Of a DNA stretch of 64,000 nt, positions 52,081 through 62,114 are shown piece after piece. Below the pieces are notes generated by a model. That model was not told where the DNA came from, did not search any database, and saw nothing but the letters and a program-made list of their open reading frames with translations. The stretch is from an uncultured Rhodospirillales bacterium (GTDB lineage Bacteria; Pseudomonadota; Alphaproteobacteria; RF32; CAG-239). The DNA is taken from contig CACWQT010000005.1 in assembly GCA_902763185.1 (NCBI GenBank), positions 4,248 through 68,247 on the forward strand, given 5' to 3'. The number at the start of each line of letters is the position of its first letter. Positions within the stretch are counted from its first letter, which is position 1. Both the position numbers and the translations under genes were made by a program.

Positions 52081-52113
52081 AAAAAGCGCTCTTGATGAAC
52101 AAGAACGCTTTTT
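52081..52113. terminator. Intrinsic terminator after tRNA-Asn
   Basis: agcgctcttg / caagaacgct stem with one mismatch, and A/T runs on both sides. Confidence 0.6.
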
Positions 52114-52115
52114 AC

Positions 52116-52190
52116 TGGCTCCGACTATCTGATTCGAACAGATGACCAATCGGTTAACAGCCGATTGCTCTACCGCTGAGCTAAGTCGGA
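52116..52190 (-). tRNA. tRNA-Asn (anticodon GUU), CCA encoded
   Basis: The reverse complement tccgacttagctcagcggtagagcaatcggctgttaaccgatt...ggttcgaatc...agtcggagcca folds as a cloverleaf. The anticodon loop is ctGTTaa. Confidence 0.9.
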
Positions 52191-52202
52191 ATAAATGATA
52201 CT

Positions 52203-52277
52203 TGGAGGCCGGTACCGGAATTGAACCGATGTTGAAGGATTTGCAGTCCTCTGCATGAGCCACTCTGCCAACCGGCC
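52203..52277 (-). tRNA. tRNA-Cys (anticodon GCA), CCA encoded
   Basis: The reverse complement ggccggttggcagagtggctcatgcagaggactgcaaatcc...ggttcaattcc...accggcctcca folds as a cloverleaf. The anticodon loop is ctGCAaa. Confidence 0.9.
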
Positions 52278-52312
52278 AACTCAACCTACCTGCATTACCG
52301 CGGTGATTTGTA

Positions 52313-52340
52313 TTTATACATGAAAAATTTTGAACGTCAA
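52313..52340 (-). promoter_or_regulatory. sigma70-like promoter of the tRNA-Cys/tRNA-Asn pair (TTGACG-N16-TATAAA)
   Basis: Reverse complement of 52335-52340 is TTGACG and of 52313-52318 is TATAAA. Confidence 0.4.
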
Positions 52341-52455
52341 CAGATTTTTTTGTAAATATGCAAAAAAAATTTTATCCTGTGCATATTTCTTATTTTGATG
52401 ACAATTTACCGTAGCTTTGCTAGCTTATGCCTAGCGCAATAATCAGGAGAAACAG

Positions 52456-52884
52456 ATGAAAATAGCAATTGCTTCCGATCACGCCGGTTTTGAGATGAAA
52501 ACCTTTATCATAGATTATCTTAAACAAAAGAACTTTGAAGTGCTTGACCTTGGGACAAATTCTGAAACCTCGGTAAATTATCCGGATTACGGGCATAAAA
52601 TGGCTGCAAATATCTTGGCACATAAAGCAGACTTAGGGATTCTCATTTGTGGCACCGGTATTGGTATTTCGATTGCTGCCAATCGCCACAAAGGGATTCG
52701 CGCGGCAGTTCTTTATTCTGATGAAGTGGCAGAAATGACAAAACGCCATAATAATGCTAATGTAATCGTTTTCGGTGGTCGCACCATGGCAAGATCTGAT
52801 ATAATAAAAAGAATAGAAATCTTTTTAAATACCCCGTTTGAAGGTGGCAGACACCAGGAAAGAATAGAGCTGTTGGATAAATAG
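52456..52884 (+). CDS. rpiB: Ribose-5-phosphate isomerase B
   Basis: '[15 protein letters not shown]', '[16 protein letters not shown]' and 'HNNANV..FG'. Confidence 0.92.
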   Translation: MKIAIASDHAGFEMKTFIIDYLKQKNFEVLDLGTNSETSVNYPDYGHKMAANILAHKADLGILICGTGIGISIAANRHKGIRAAVLYSDEVAEMTKRHNNANVIVFGGRTMARSDIIKRIEIFLNTPFEGGRHQERIELLDK

Positions 52885-52895
52885 AAAGGACTGAA

Positions 52896-54146
52896 ATGAC
52901 AGATTTAGAGAGTTTTGATAGTGAGATTTATAGTGCCATTAATGATGAGCTTAAGCGCCAGCAGGATAATGTTGAGCTGATTGCTTCCGAAAATATTGTA
53001 TCCAAAGCTGTTTTGGAAGCTCAAGGTTCAATTTTAACCAATAAATATGCCGAGGGCTATCCTGCCAAGCGTTACTACTGCGGTTGCGCTAATGTTGATA
53101 AAATTGAAACATTGGCGATTGAACGCCTGAAAAAACTGTTTAACGCTCAGTATGCCAATGTGCAACCTCATTCCGGATCGCAGGCCAATATGGCGGTATT
53201 TGCCGCGCTAGTAAAACCCGGCGACACAATTTTAGGGATGAGCTTAGATGCCGGCGGTCACTTAACCCACGGAGCCAAAGTCTCTGTTTCGGGTAAGTGG
53301 TTTAATGCTATCCAATATGGGGTGGAAAAAGAAAGTGGTTTTATAAATTATAATGAAGTTAAGAGCTTAGCCCTCAATCATAAGCCAAAGTTGATTATTG
53401 CCGGTTGCTCCGCTTATCCGCGCCAGATTGATTTTGCCAAGTTTAGAGCCATTGCCGATATGTGCGGTGCCTACCTTATGGTCGATATGGCACACTTTGC
53501 AGGGTTGGTGGCTAGCGGCCTTTACCCTAATCCCCTAAACTTTGCCGATGTTGTCACCACAACCACGCATAAAACTTTGCGAGGACCACGGGGCGGCGCG
53601 ATCTTAACCAATAATGACGAAATCGCCAAGAAAATCAATTCAGCAATCTTCCCCGGTATGCAGGGAGGACCTTTAGAGCACGTTATTGCTGCCAAAGCCG
53701 TCTGCTTTAAAGAGGCTTTAAGCGATGAGTTCAAAATCTATTCGGCACAAGTCATGAAAAATGCTAAAGTTTTAGGTGATACCCTCAGCAAGCGCGGTTT
53801 TAAACTTGTTACCGGTGGCACAGATACCCACCTTCTTCTGGTGGACTTAACCCCAAAAGGGATTAACGGTAAAGAATTGACCGATGCGTTAGACCTTGTG
53901 CATATGACCGCGAACAAAAATGCGATTCCTTTTGATCCGTTGCCTCCAACTGTTACTTCGGGTATTAGGCTCGGCACACCGGCAGGAACAACGCGTGGTT
54001 TTAAGGAAGCGGAGTTTGAACTGATAGGTCAATGTATTGCTGATGTTGCAGAGGCACTTAATACGCCCAAACAAGCCGAAGTGCTTAAAGATGTTGCAGC
54101 GCGAATTTTAGCTCTGACTGCCCGTTTCCCGATTTATCAGGACTAA
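52896..54146 (+). CDS. glyA: Serine hydroxymethyltransferase
   Basis: '[10 protein letters not shown]', '[14 protein letters not shown]', '[11 protein letters not shown]' and the PLP-lysine motif '[14 protein letters not shown]'. Confidence 0.97.
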   Translation: MTDLESFDSEIYSAINDELKRQQDNVELIASENIVSKAVLEAQGSILTNKYAEGYPAKRYYCGCANVDKIETLAIERLKKLFNAQYANVQPHSGSQANMAVFAALVKPGDTILGMSLDAGGHLTHGAKVSVSGKWFNAIQYGVEKESGFINYNEVKSLALNHKPKLIIAGCSAYPRQIDFAKFRAIADMCGAYLMVDMAHFAGLVASGLYPNPLNFADVVTTTTHKTLRGPRGGAILTNNDEIAKKINSAIFPGMQGGPLEHVIAAKAVCFKEALSDEFKIYSAQVMKNAKVLGDTLSKRGFKLVTGGTDTHLLLVDLTPKGINGKELTDALDLVHMTANKNAIPFDPLPPTVTSGIRLGTPAGTTRGFKEAEFELIGQCIADVAEALNTPKQAEVLKDVAARILALTARFPIYQD

Positions 54147-54234
54147 ATCATTGGCAAATAATTTCTTGACAAGAATAGGAGGATAGACTATTTTCTCTAT
54201 CAAATCACTATTATTATCTTAAAACTTTAAGTAT

Positions 54235-54654
54235 ATGAAAAAGTTTGAACAACAATTATTGGAAACAGGCTCTCTGGAGCTTATTTGTTCTTATGTTGAA
54301 GAACATCAGGGAACAGCATCTGAGGAATTTCAAAAGGCATTGGCAGAGAAGATCAAAATTATTCTTCAATCCTTTGATTTTGAGCTTTCTTACTCTGGCG
54401 GTATACCCCATATTTCTCAATCTAAAGAAGACATTTTAAGCATGGAAGTAGAGAATTTTTTGGATAGATTTTACGACGGATATAAAAACTTTCCGAAAAG
54501 CTTTTTTAGCCAATGCAAAGAGACCAACATTAACACAGCTAAAGATTTGTTGGAATTTGGTCGCCGCAATGTCTTAAAGATGGATAAAGTCGGTAAAGTA
54601 ACAATTCGCATGATTGAGGATGCTTTTGTGAAAGCCGGCATTGAAACATTCTGA
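54235..54654 (+). CDS. Hypothetical protein with a C-terminal RpoA-CTD-like helix-hairpin-helix
   Basis: 'TAKDLLEFGRRNVLKMDKVGKVTIRMIEDAFVKAGIE' resembles the alpha-CTD HhH pattern. A promoter-like TTGACA is present at about 54169. Confidence 0.5.
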   Translation: MKKFEQQLLETGSLELICSYVEEHQGTASEEFQKALAEKIKIILQSFDFELSYSGGIPHISQSKEDILSMEVENFLDRFYDGYKNFPKSFFSQCKETNINTAKDLLEFGRRNVLKMDKVGKVTIRMIEDAFVKAGIETF

Positions 54655-54658
54655 TTGA

Positions 54659-54691
54659 TAAGTTGCTTACCCTAGGGTAAGCAACTTTTTA
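54659..54691. terminator. Bidirectional intrinsic terminator
   Basis: aagttgcttaccc / gggtaagcaactt (13-bp stem) followed by a T-run. Confidence 0.8.
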
Positions 54692-54697
54692 ATTTCT

Positions 54698-55489
54698 TTA
54701 ATACGCGTTTCTTTCAATATCTTTTAAATAAGTAACTGTTTCCTGCTCCAGTTTAGAGGCGGCCCCTTCATCACAAAGGTAAATTCCATGACGGTGAGTT
54801 TGCAAGGCGCTAACAGCCCAACGATGATTGATACTCCCCTCAATCGCGGCTTTGGTCGCATTAGCCTTTTCTTCGCCCGTTGCCAAGAGCAAAACTTCTT
54901 TAGCGTTCATAATCGTGCCGATACCAACGGTTAAAACCATATGCGGTACCTTTTGTATGTCATTATCAAACAGTTTAGCCTTAACTTTCATTGTTTCGGT
55001 TGTAAGTGTTTTAACCCGTGTTCTTGAACTCAAAGACGAAAAAGGTTCATTAAACGCAATATGACCATCCGAGCCGACACCGCCGACAAACAAATCAATA
55101 CCGCCTTTTTCTAAAATGGCATGTTCAAAGTTCTCGCACTCTTTTTCATAATTGTTGGTTTTACCGTCTAAGATATAGACATTTGAGGCTTTGCTGTCCA
55201 CATGGTCAAGCAGATATTCCTTCATATAACTGTGACAACTTTGCGGCGCTTTCTTATCAAGCCCGATAAATTCGTTCATGCAAAAGATGACGACATTGGC
55301 AAAAGAAAGTTGACGCGCTCTGTTCATCTCAACTAAACGCTTATACATTCCCTTTGGTGTATCACCCATCGGCAAACCTAAAACAAACGGTTTAGATGCC
55401 GTGGGTCTCGCGCGCTTAATTTTATAGGCAATATAGGTTGCCGCCCAGTCTGCTACTTCGTCATAGTTTGATTTGATAATTACGCGCAT
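54698..55489 (-). CDS. nagB: Glucosamine-6-phosphate deaminase
   Basis: 'VLGLPMGDTP' and 'GGVGSDGHIAFNEP'. 263 aa. Confidence 0.92.
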   Translation of the reverse strand: MRVIIKSNYDEVADWAATYIAYKIKRARPTASKPFVLGLPMGDTPKGMYKRLVEMNRARQLSFANVVIFCMNEFIGLDKKAPQSCHSYMKEYLLDHVDSKASNVYILDGKTNNYEKECENFEHAILEKGGIDLFVGGVGSDGHIAFNEPFSSLSSRTRVKTLTTETMKVKAKLFDNDIQKVPHMVLTVGIGTIMNAKEVLLLATGEEKANATKAAIEGSINHRWAVSALQTHRHGIYLCDEGAASKLEQETVTYLKDIERNAY

Positions 55490-55553
55490 GATACCCTCCT
55501 TTTGTTATAGCTTCTTATACCATGATAATAAACAAAAGAAAGTAAAATTTTTG

Positions 55554-57059
55554 CTAATCTATTTTGCGATATTCATACAATTTAGTTTTGGCATTATAGA
55601 TGCAATCGTGATCTTGACGACGGTATTCCGGCTTTAGGATATATAAGTCATCACGATTAAGCGGTTGATACATCTCATCAAGCAGGTGTTGGCTAATCCA
55701 ATGTATCGGATATTGTCCGATATGCCCATGATATTCCTGATAAGTATCATAGTAGTTGCCGCCATAAATAATTTTCGGACGATATTTGCGGATTAAACTC
55801 TCTAAATCAGATAACGGATAAAGTTTTATCATATCGGCAATCACATCAATTTGCCCCTTTAAGTTCCATACAAAATCAACATCTTTGTTAAACAAATTAT
55901 AGCCGATACGATAGCCGTTTAAGACATAATCACAACGATTGACATACTGCAACACAAATCCGGAAGCCCCATATTTATAACTATCTCCGACGGTTATTCT
56001 GTGGCTATAAAGATTGCCATATATGCCACCCAAGGTAAAAAAATAAATCACAAATATCCAAATTATATTTTTTTTGCGGCTGATGATTTCATGAACGCCG
56101 ACACCGGCCAAAGTAGAAGCAATAGCATGTAAAAAAATGTAGTAATAGAGAAACGGGGTAAAATAAAACAGACGTATCAGATATTCGCCGATAAATATCA
56201 TACTCACTGTTTTCACATAAACATTGCCTTTATAAGTGCACTTTGCCAGCGCATAAATGGCAAACAAAAGGGGAACCATCATTTCCAAACTTGGGGAAAC
56301 AAATCGTCTGACATCAAAAATGTCCGGAATATGTGAGTTAAGTTCAAAATTAGCCTTAAAATAGAACTCAAACACGCCTTCATACCACAAAAAGGCAAGA
56401 AACGCCGCATAGAGCATTATCGGTAGAGTTGCGCAGATTAAACAATCTTTCAAAACGAGCTCTTTCTCATATATCAACCATAGCCCGATTCCCCCGATAA
56501 TAAGCAAGGTCAATGCCGCTTTCTGCGTAATCATAAATGCTGCAAATAAAAACAAAAATGAAAAGACCAACGGAACAATCTTTTTATTTTTGATATAGCT
56601 GAGCAAATAATAAATCCCGACAATCAGCATAGTGGCCATAACATTATCCGGCTTAAAATCTTTATTAAACAGACTTTCATGCGGTAAAATAAAAAATGCC
56701 GCAGCAATTAATCCACTCAACTTATCAGTCAAAAAATCTTTGTTAATCCGAAAGATAAAGAAAGTTGTCACCCCCGTCAGGGTAACGGTCAGAATATTCA
56801 CCGCATCAACGGCGCGTAAACTGTATTCAAAAGCCCCCACAAACGGTGCCGCGATATACCATAACAAAGGATTATGGTGCTGGAAAAAATCTTTATAAGG
56901 AATTTGTCCGTGATAAACCAACCAAGAGGAATGCACGTGTTCCAAAGTATCTCCGTCCCCAGAACCACTATAAATAACCGCCCAATACAGCAGTCCTACA
57001 CCAAAGAAAACATAGGCAGCAACCAGAGCGGGAATATACTTCTTAAGGGAACTTATCAT
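55554..57059 (-). CDS. GT-C-fold (ArnT/PMT-like) membrane glycosyltransferase candidate, paralog 1
   Basis: About 11-12 TM segments. The first loop has the acidic motif 'GDGDTLEHVHSSWLVYHGQIPYKDFFQHHNPLLWY'. The C-terminal soluble domain is shared with its neighbour. Confidence 0.5.
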   Translation of the reverse strand: MISSLKKYIPALVAAYVFFGVGLLYWAVIYSGSGDGDTLEHVHSSWLVYHGQIPYKDFFQHHNPLLWYIAAPFVGAFEYSLRAVDAVNILTVTLTGVTTFFIFRINKDFLTDKLSGLIAAAFFILPHESLFNKDFKPDNVMATMLIVGIYYLLSYIKNKKIVPLVFSFLFLFAAFMITQKAALTLLIIGGIGLWLIYEKELVLKDCLICATLPIMLYAAFLAFLWYEGVFEFYFKANFELNSHIPDIFDVRRFVSPSLEMMVPLLFAIYALAKCTYKGNVYVKTVSMIFIGEYLIRLFYFTPFLYYYIFLHAIASTLAGVGVHEIISRKKNIIWIFVIYFFTLGGIYGNLYSHRITVGDSYKYGASGFVLQYVNRCDYVLNGYRIGYNLFNKDVDFVWNLKGQIDVIADMIKLYPLSDLESLIRKYRPKIIYGGNYYDTYQEYHGHIGQYPIHWISQHLLDEMYQPLNRDDLYILKPEYRRQDHDCIYNAKTKLYEYRKID

Positions 57060-57062
57060 TTG

Positions 57063-58592
57063 TTATTCCTTATAAAAATATTCCCAAGTATCAGTTGCAC
57101 TGTCATATCGACAACGCCGCTGATTCTGATATTCAGGTTTTAGCACAAATATATCCCTGAATAGAGATTGGTTATAAAATCGGTCACGCAATTCAGCATT
57201 GATTTGATGCACCGGCACAAACAAATCCAATTTGCGCATTTTCTCATTCCAGTATATTCCTGTATAGATGATTTTGGGCAAATATTGTGCAACCACTTTG
57301 TTTAAATCAGGCATGGGGGCTAAGCCGATTTTATCACCTATCACATCAAGTTGTCCATTTAAGTTCCAATAATAAGTAAGATCTTTGGTGAAAATGCCAT
57401 ATGTCAGACCATACCCGTTTAAAACCGTATCGCATTTATTTGTTTCTTGTATGATATAACGCGGTGTCACATAGCGATAAAAATTCGGTTCAAGCTTCCG
57501 CCATTGGCAATAGTCATAAAAGCACCAACATCCGCCGAGAGATAATACCATGAAGAAATAAATGCTCCATTTCCAACGCTTGATACAAAGATACACGATC
57601 GCGCCGGCTAATATTGCATCCAGCACATCCAAAAAGTAATAGTAGTGCCTGTTAAGCGAAAAATAAAATAACCTTTGCAAAACCTCTCCGAGCCACAAAA
57701 TGCATACAACGCGCGCAGCAACATTGCCCTTCCACATTAAATAAATAAATCCGATAAAAGCAAGCGCAGTTAACACATAAAATTCCGCTCTTGTCGGTTC
57801 CACAAGATAGTTATAAACATCAGGGATATAGAGATTAAAAATAAAATTCGCTTTCCAATATATTTCAAGCATATTATGTGAAACAAGCCATAATACAAAA
57901 AGTACCGCACCCAATAAAGGTAAAACTAAGGCCACCATAAAATCAGGTAATAAGACCTCTCTCTTCCACAGCAAATAGAGAACCATCAATCCGAATATGC
58001 CCAAAAAGAAAATACTTTTTTGCATAAACATAAAGGTAATGAACATAAAAACAAACGAGATAACAAGTGGTTTTGTCTTATGCGTATCCAAATAGGCAAA
58101 GAACTGATGTAATCCCAAAATAAAGGCAAACACCATATAGTTATCCGGTCTGAAATCCTGTCCGCTAAATATAACATAAGAGGGGAAAACCGCAGCAATA
58201 GTAAGCAATGTTGCAAAATATGAATGAGTTTTGCAAATAAATCGCCGCACGATTTCACCCGAAAAATAAAGTGTTGCTAACATTACGCAGGTTGAGATTA
58301 TACGCACGGTATCAAATACAGCAATATCATAGGCAAAAAAGCCGACTAACGGGGCAAACAAATACCAAAGTAAAGGATTATGGTGTTGAAAAAAATCAAT
58401 ATATGGAACTTTGTGCTGAAAGACGAGCCAAGTTGAGTGCAAATGTTCCACGTCATCGCCCGTTTGCGGTTGATGGTGTATCAACACCCAATAGGCACCG
58501 AACAGACCGACTAATATTTGTAAAATAAAAAATATTTTCGGAAAAGTTAAATACCAAAACTGTTGTGCTTTATCTTCCGTTTTGTTTGCCAT
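57063..58592 (-). CDS. GT-C-fold (ArnT/PMT-like) membrane glycosyltransferase candidate, paralog 2
   Basis: 'QTGDDVEHLHSTWLVFQHKVPYIDFFQHHNPLLWY' and the C-terminal 'CDTVLNGYGLTYGIFTKDLTYYWNLNGQLDVIGD' parallel paralog 1. A 3-nt gap separates the two genes. Confidence 0.5.
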   Translation of the reverse strand: MANKTEDKAQQFWYLTFPKIFFILQILVGLFGAYWVLIHHQPQTGDDVEHLHSTWLVFQHKVPYIDFFQHHNPLLWYLFAPLVGFFAYDIAVFDTVRIISTCVMLATLYFSGEIVRRFICKTHSYFATLLTIAAVFPSYVIFSGQDFRPDNYMVFAFILGLHQFFAYLDTHKTKPLVISFVFMFITFMFMQKSIFFLGIFGLMVLYLLWKREVLLPDFMVALVLPLLGAVLFVLWLVSHNMLEIYWKANFIFNLYIPDVYNYLVEPTRAEFYVLTALAFIGFIYLMWKGNVAARVVCILWLGEVLQRLFYFSLNRHYYYFLDVLDAILAGAIVYLCIKRWKWSIYFFMVLSLGGCWCFYDYCQWRKLEPNFYRYVTPRYIIQETNKCDTVLNGYGLTYGIFTKDLTYYWNLNGQLDVIGDKIGLAPMPDLNKVVAQYLPKIIYTGIYWNEKMRKLDLFVPVHQINAELRDRFYNQSLFRDIFVLKPEYQNQRRCRYDSATDTWEYFYKE

Positions 58593-58687
58593 TTTGTCAT
58601 TTACTCCTCAATTTGGCATAAAACTAACATATAAGAATGTTTTATGCACTCTTATTCTCAAAGATACACACAATCAATAGTGTGAGA

Positions 58688-59650
58688 TTATTCGCCCTCG
58701 GAATCATCAGCCGGCTTATCAGACGGCGGAACCACATCCGGCAAAATACCAATGGCTTTTTTACGCTTCAGTTTGTTCACAAACTTAATGGAACGTTGCG
58801 CATCCCATTTCTTTTTGCCTTCTTCGCGTTGGAAAATGTGCTTATAGATTTCTATTGCTTGGTCAAATTCCGAAAGCTTAGTCAAGCAAGAAGCAAGACC
58901 ATCATAGAGTTTATGATGATAACGTCCGTCAACCAAATTCTTGGCTTTGTTATAGCACTTCAAAGCATCCTTAAACTTGAACATTTTTTGATATACAAAG
59001 CCGATACTAATCCACGCTTGTATTTCACTGCTGTCAATATTTAATATCTTGGTAAAGCACTTTAACGCCGAGTCATTATCCCCCATCAACTGATAGGTTA
59101 CACCGATTCCGTTCCAAGCCTTAACATTGGATTTATCAAGCGCCAAAACTTTTTTGAAATAACCGATTGCCCGCTCATATTGCTTTAACTTCTGAAGCGT
59201 AACAGCAATACTCAACAGAGTCTGCGGGTGCTTCGGATCAACAGAATAGGCTTGTTGTAAAACGTCCAAGGCCTCCTTAAACAAAAACATATGTTGCAAA
59301 GCAATCGCTTTGCCGTTTAAGGCCTCAAGAGAAGTAGGGTCATTAGCAAATGCCTGTTCAAAGCAAGTAATAGCTTCTTTATAAAGACCGCGCATACTAA
59401 GCGTCACACCTTTATTGTTTAAAACCTCAACCGACTTTGGATTAATTAACAAAGCCTTATCAAAGCATTCTACTGCTTCGGTATATTTGCTCATCTTTTG
59501 AAAAGCAAAACCTTTTGAGTTAATAGCTTTCCAATTATCCGGTTGCTCTGCTAAAAACTCATCAAATTGAGCAATAGCTTCTTTACATAAACCGGCATCC
59601 AACAATTCTTGCCCACGTTTGTAGGCGTTATTATCACTTAACTTAACCAT
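58688..59650 (-). CDS. TPR-repeat protein
   Basis: About eight consecutive 34-aa repeats of the type 'A...N.G......G.Y.EAI..F..AL..DP'. Confidence 0.85.
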   Translation of the reverse strand: MVKLSDNNAYKRGQELLDAGLCKEAIAQFDEFLAEQPDNWKAINSKGFAFQKMSKYTEAVECFDKALLINPKSVEVLNNKGVTLSMRGLYKEAITCFEQAFANDPTSLEALNGKAIALQHMFLFKEALDVLQQAYSVDPKHPQTLLSIAVTLQKLKQYERAIGYFKKVLALDKSNVKAWNGIGVTYQLMGDNDSALKCFTKILNIDSSEIQAWISIGFVYQKMFKFKDALKCYNKAKNLVDGRYHHKLYDGLASCLTKLSEFDQAIEIYKHIFQREEGKKKWDAQRSIKFVNKLKRKKAIGILPDVVPPSDKPADDSEGE

Positions 59651-59776
59651 ATCTCTTCTCTACATAGTTTTACAAAATAATTTAACTCTTGTCAGTATAT
59701 GGAGATATTTTTGATTTTGTCAAGCTAAAATTTTGTTTATGCGACAGTTATTATGTTAAAATTAAATTGATAAAAA

Positions 59777-60100
59777 TTAAAGGACCAACATCGGCAAAAT
59801 ATTTATAACCGGTTCTTCATAAGGGTGAACGGCTTTAATGGCTGCAATCGTTTTTTCTAAGTTTTCGCTTTTAATTGATACTTCCACTTTAAGTTCGGGT
59901 TCTTCGCTTATCTCATTGAATTGACCGATGTAAGGTGAGGTATTTTCCAAAGGACGCCAAACGCCGGTTATTCTGCTATAAGATAAGCAACTGTCATAAT
60001 TACCGATATGTCCGGCATCAACATCTTGCAAAGCTTTTTGCAATGGCTTGAAATGTGTTTCCGGAATAAAAATTTCTAACTTATAAAAATCAAATTGCAT
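59777..60100 (-). CDS. Small NIF3-insert/PII-like (YqfO-type) domain protein
   Basis: 'KLEIFIPETHFKPLQKALQDVDAGHIGNYDSCLSY...G.WRP...SPYIG...E.E.K.EV.I......AIKAVHPYEEP' matches the stand-alone about 105-aa family related to the NIF3 insert domain, as I recall it. Strong RBS GAGGAGAG. Confidence 0.5.
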   Translation of the reverse strand: MQFDFYKLEIFIPETHFKPLQKALQDVDAGHIGNYDSCLSYSRITGVWRPLENTSPYIGQFNEISEEPELKVEVSIKSENLEKTIAAIKAVHPYEEPVINILPMLVL

Positions 60101-60121
60101 GGAATTTCTCTCCTCATATAC

Positions 60122-60144
60122 AAAAAATACCGCAAAACCTGCGG
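60122..60144 (-). terminator. Short intrinsic terminator after tRNA-Gln
   Basis: ccgca / tgcgg stem with a T6 run on the minus strand. Confidence 0.45.
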
Positions 60145-60154
60145 CAAATCAAAT

Positions 60155-60228
60155 TGGCTGCTTGACCTGGATTCGAACCAAGATTAACGGAGTCAGAGTC
60201 CGCTGTCCTACCATTAGACGATCAAGCA
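60155..60228 (-). tRNA. tRNA-Gln (anticodon CUG), CCA encoded
   Basis: The reverse complement tgcttgatcgtctaatggtaggacagcggactctgactccgt...ggttcgaatcc...tcaagcagcca folds as a cloverleaf. The anticodon loop is ctCTGac. Confidence 0.88.
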
Positions 60229-60248
60229 ATCGCTCAAAAGCAAGCATA

Positions 60249-60277
60249 TTGATAGTATGGAATATTTTAAGTGTCAA
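60249..60277 (-). promoter_or_regulatory. sigma70-like promoter of tRNA-Gln (TTGACA-N17-TATCAA)
   Basis: Reverse complement of 60272-60277 is TTGACA and of 60249-60254 is TATCAA. Confidence 0.4.
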
Positions 60278-60377
60278 TATTTTTTTGATAGTTTGCCTTT
60301 GCAATTGACAAGTAAGATAAGACAGTTAAACTACCTCCCTAAGAAACAGCGATGAATATTTTAAGGAACTCCTGATT

Positions 60378-62111
60378 ATGTCTACACATAAGAAACCTGT
60401 TAAACGCATTGTATTATCTGTATTGTTAGCCGCTATTTTAGTCTTTGCCACATTTCCGCTTTATATGAACGCTTTTAGTGTTAAAAGTATTCATAAAACA
60501 GGTAAAAATGAAACGGCAGTCGTTAATATCTGTGGGCACAAAAATTTTAAAATCAAGTCTCAAAACGAGAGTAAAGTTTTTCATCATCAAATAAAAGACC
60601 AAGCATGTGTAGATATTGAGTTGCCGATAAAACGTAAATTTAAGGATTATCAATTCAAAGTATTATCAGAAAATGATGATACTTTAAAATTACAATTATT
60701 ATCACCGGCAAAGAAAGAGCAAAATGATTACCAAATCTTAGTTGATTTTGCTAATTTAACCATTAATGGCATATCAGTCTTAAAAAATATTATGCCGGTA
60801 TCCAACCAACAACCATATACTTATCAAGCAAAAATAAGTAAAACTGAACCTTTAAGTATAAGTTTAGAGGTAAGGCGCCACAAATTATTCTTAATGGATT
60901 TATCTGAAAAGTATTCGATAAGCTATCTGATTTTATTTACCGTGGCCGTTTTGGCATTTTTGTTTTCCTATAAACTGATTAATTATTTGGCAAACTTCAA
61001 GCTTCTTCAACATAATTCACGTATAGACATTGTTTTTTTAAGTATGTTTTTCATAACCTTGTATATCCCGATGAGTTATATATCAAAAGAGGAAACATCT
61101 CCTAATGAAAACCGCGTTTTAGCCAAATATCCGAAGCTGTTGGGCGAAAACGGTATAAACACTTTATTTGGTAAAAAAGTTGAAAATTGGTTTAACGACC
61201 GTTTCTTCGGGCGTCGGTTTATGTTAAGCACTGAAGAAAAAATGAAGAGACTAATAGAACCTCATCGCGGTAACAAAAAAGTGATGGTCGGAAAAGAGGG
61301 CTGGTTATTTTATAAGGGTGGCAACAGTGTTAATAATTTCATCAACAAAAGTGAGTTGAGTTCTCATCAAATGGAAAAAGGAACTGAATACCTCATCGCC
61401 ATAAATAATTGGTGCAAGGCACATAATAAAAAATTTTACTATGTTCTCATTCCTGATAAACACCGCATTTACGGTGAATATGTGCAATATATCCAAAAAA
61501 TTCGTCCGGATAGTGAAAGTATAGATAATCAATGGGTAAATTACATTCGCCAACATTCGGATGTTAACGTTATTTACCTTTATGATACACTGATGCAACA
61601 CAAAGGCAGCGACTTGCTGTATTGGAAAGAAGATACCCATTGGAACCATTATGGAGCATACATTGGTTATAAAGAGATTATAAACGAACTTGCTGAAAAT
61701 TATAACATAAAGCCTTATGAAGTAACAAAATGGAAGGACGAAGTTAATCCGAACAGAGATTTATCCAAAATGTATACATATGGCTATCGGGATAAAGACG
61801 TAAAATATAAAGAACCGGTTATGGCGAATAAGTCATCTTCGTGTGAAAGCATAGATGAAGAAGATGCAAATAATACAGAATTATGCCATAATCTTAAGAA
61901 AAAACTTAAAGCATTCGTATTAAGAGACAGTTTCTCTACAGCTTTAATCCCATATTATGCTGAAACATTTGGCAAAGTTAAATTGGTTTGGCGTTATGAC
62001 ATTACCTCCGAAAATTTACAAGAAATCGCCGCTGAGTATGATATCGTGATTTTAGAAAATGTCGCACGTTTTATACCAAAAATCTTAAACAAAACATTTC
62101 CTGAGGAATAA
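60378..62111 (+). CDS. AlgX/AlgJ-like (DHHW-type SGNH) polysaccharide O-acetyltransferase partner with an extra N-terminal domain
   Basis: Signal/anchor, an unknown domain of about 170 aa, a second TM pair, then 'GKEGWLFY', 'YYVLIPDKHRIY' and 'WKEDTHWNHYGAYIGY'. Confidence 0.65.
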   Translation: MSTHKKPVKRIVLSVLLAAILVFATFPLYMNAFSVKSIHKTGKNETAVVNICGHKNFKIKSQNESKVFHHQIKDQACVDIELPIKRKFKDYQFKVLSENDDTLKLQLLSPAKKEQNDYQILVDFANLTINGISVLKNIMPVSNQQPYTYQAKISKTEPLSISLEVRRHKLFLMDLSEKYSISYLILFTVAVLAFLFSYKLINYLANFKLLQHNSRIDIVFLSMFFITLYIPMSYISKEETSPNENRVLAKYPKLLGENGINTLFGKKVENWFNDRFFGRRFMLSTEEKMKRLIEPHRGNKKVMVGKEGWLFYKGGNSVNNFINKSELSSHQMEKGTEYLIAINNWCKAHNKKFYYVLIPDKHRIYGEYVQYIQKIRPDSESIDNQWVNYIRQHSDVNVIYLYDTLMQHKGSDLLYWKEDTHWNHYGAYIGYKEIINELAENYNIKPYEVTKWKDEVNPNRDLSKMYTYGYRDKDVKYKEPVMANKSSSCESIDEEDANNTELCHNLKKKLKAFVLRDSFSTALIPYYAETFGKVKLVWRYDITSENLQEIAAEYDIVILENVARFIPKILNKTFPEE

Positions 62112-62114
62112 GCT

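Noticed and set aside
51997-52284. 95-aa minus-strand ORF
   Set aside because: It runs straight through tRNA-Asn and tRNA-Cys, which fold as canonical cloverleaves.
58637-59044. 135-aa plus-strand ORF
   Set aside because: It is antisense to the TPR-repeat gene, whose 34-residue periodicity is unambiguous.
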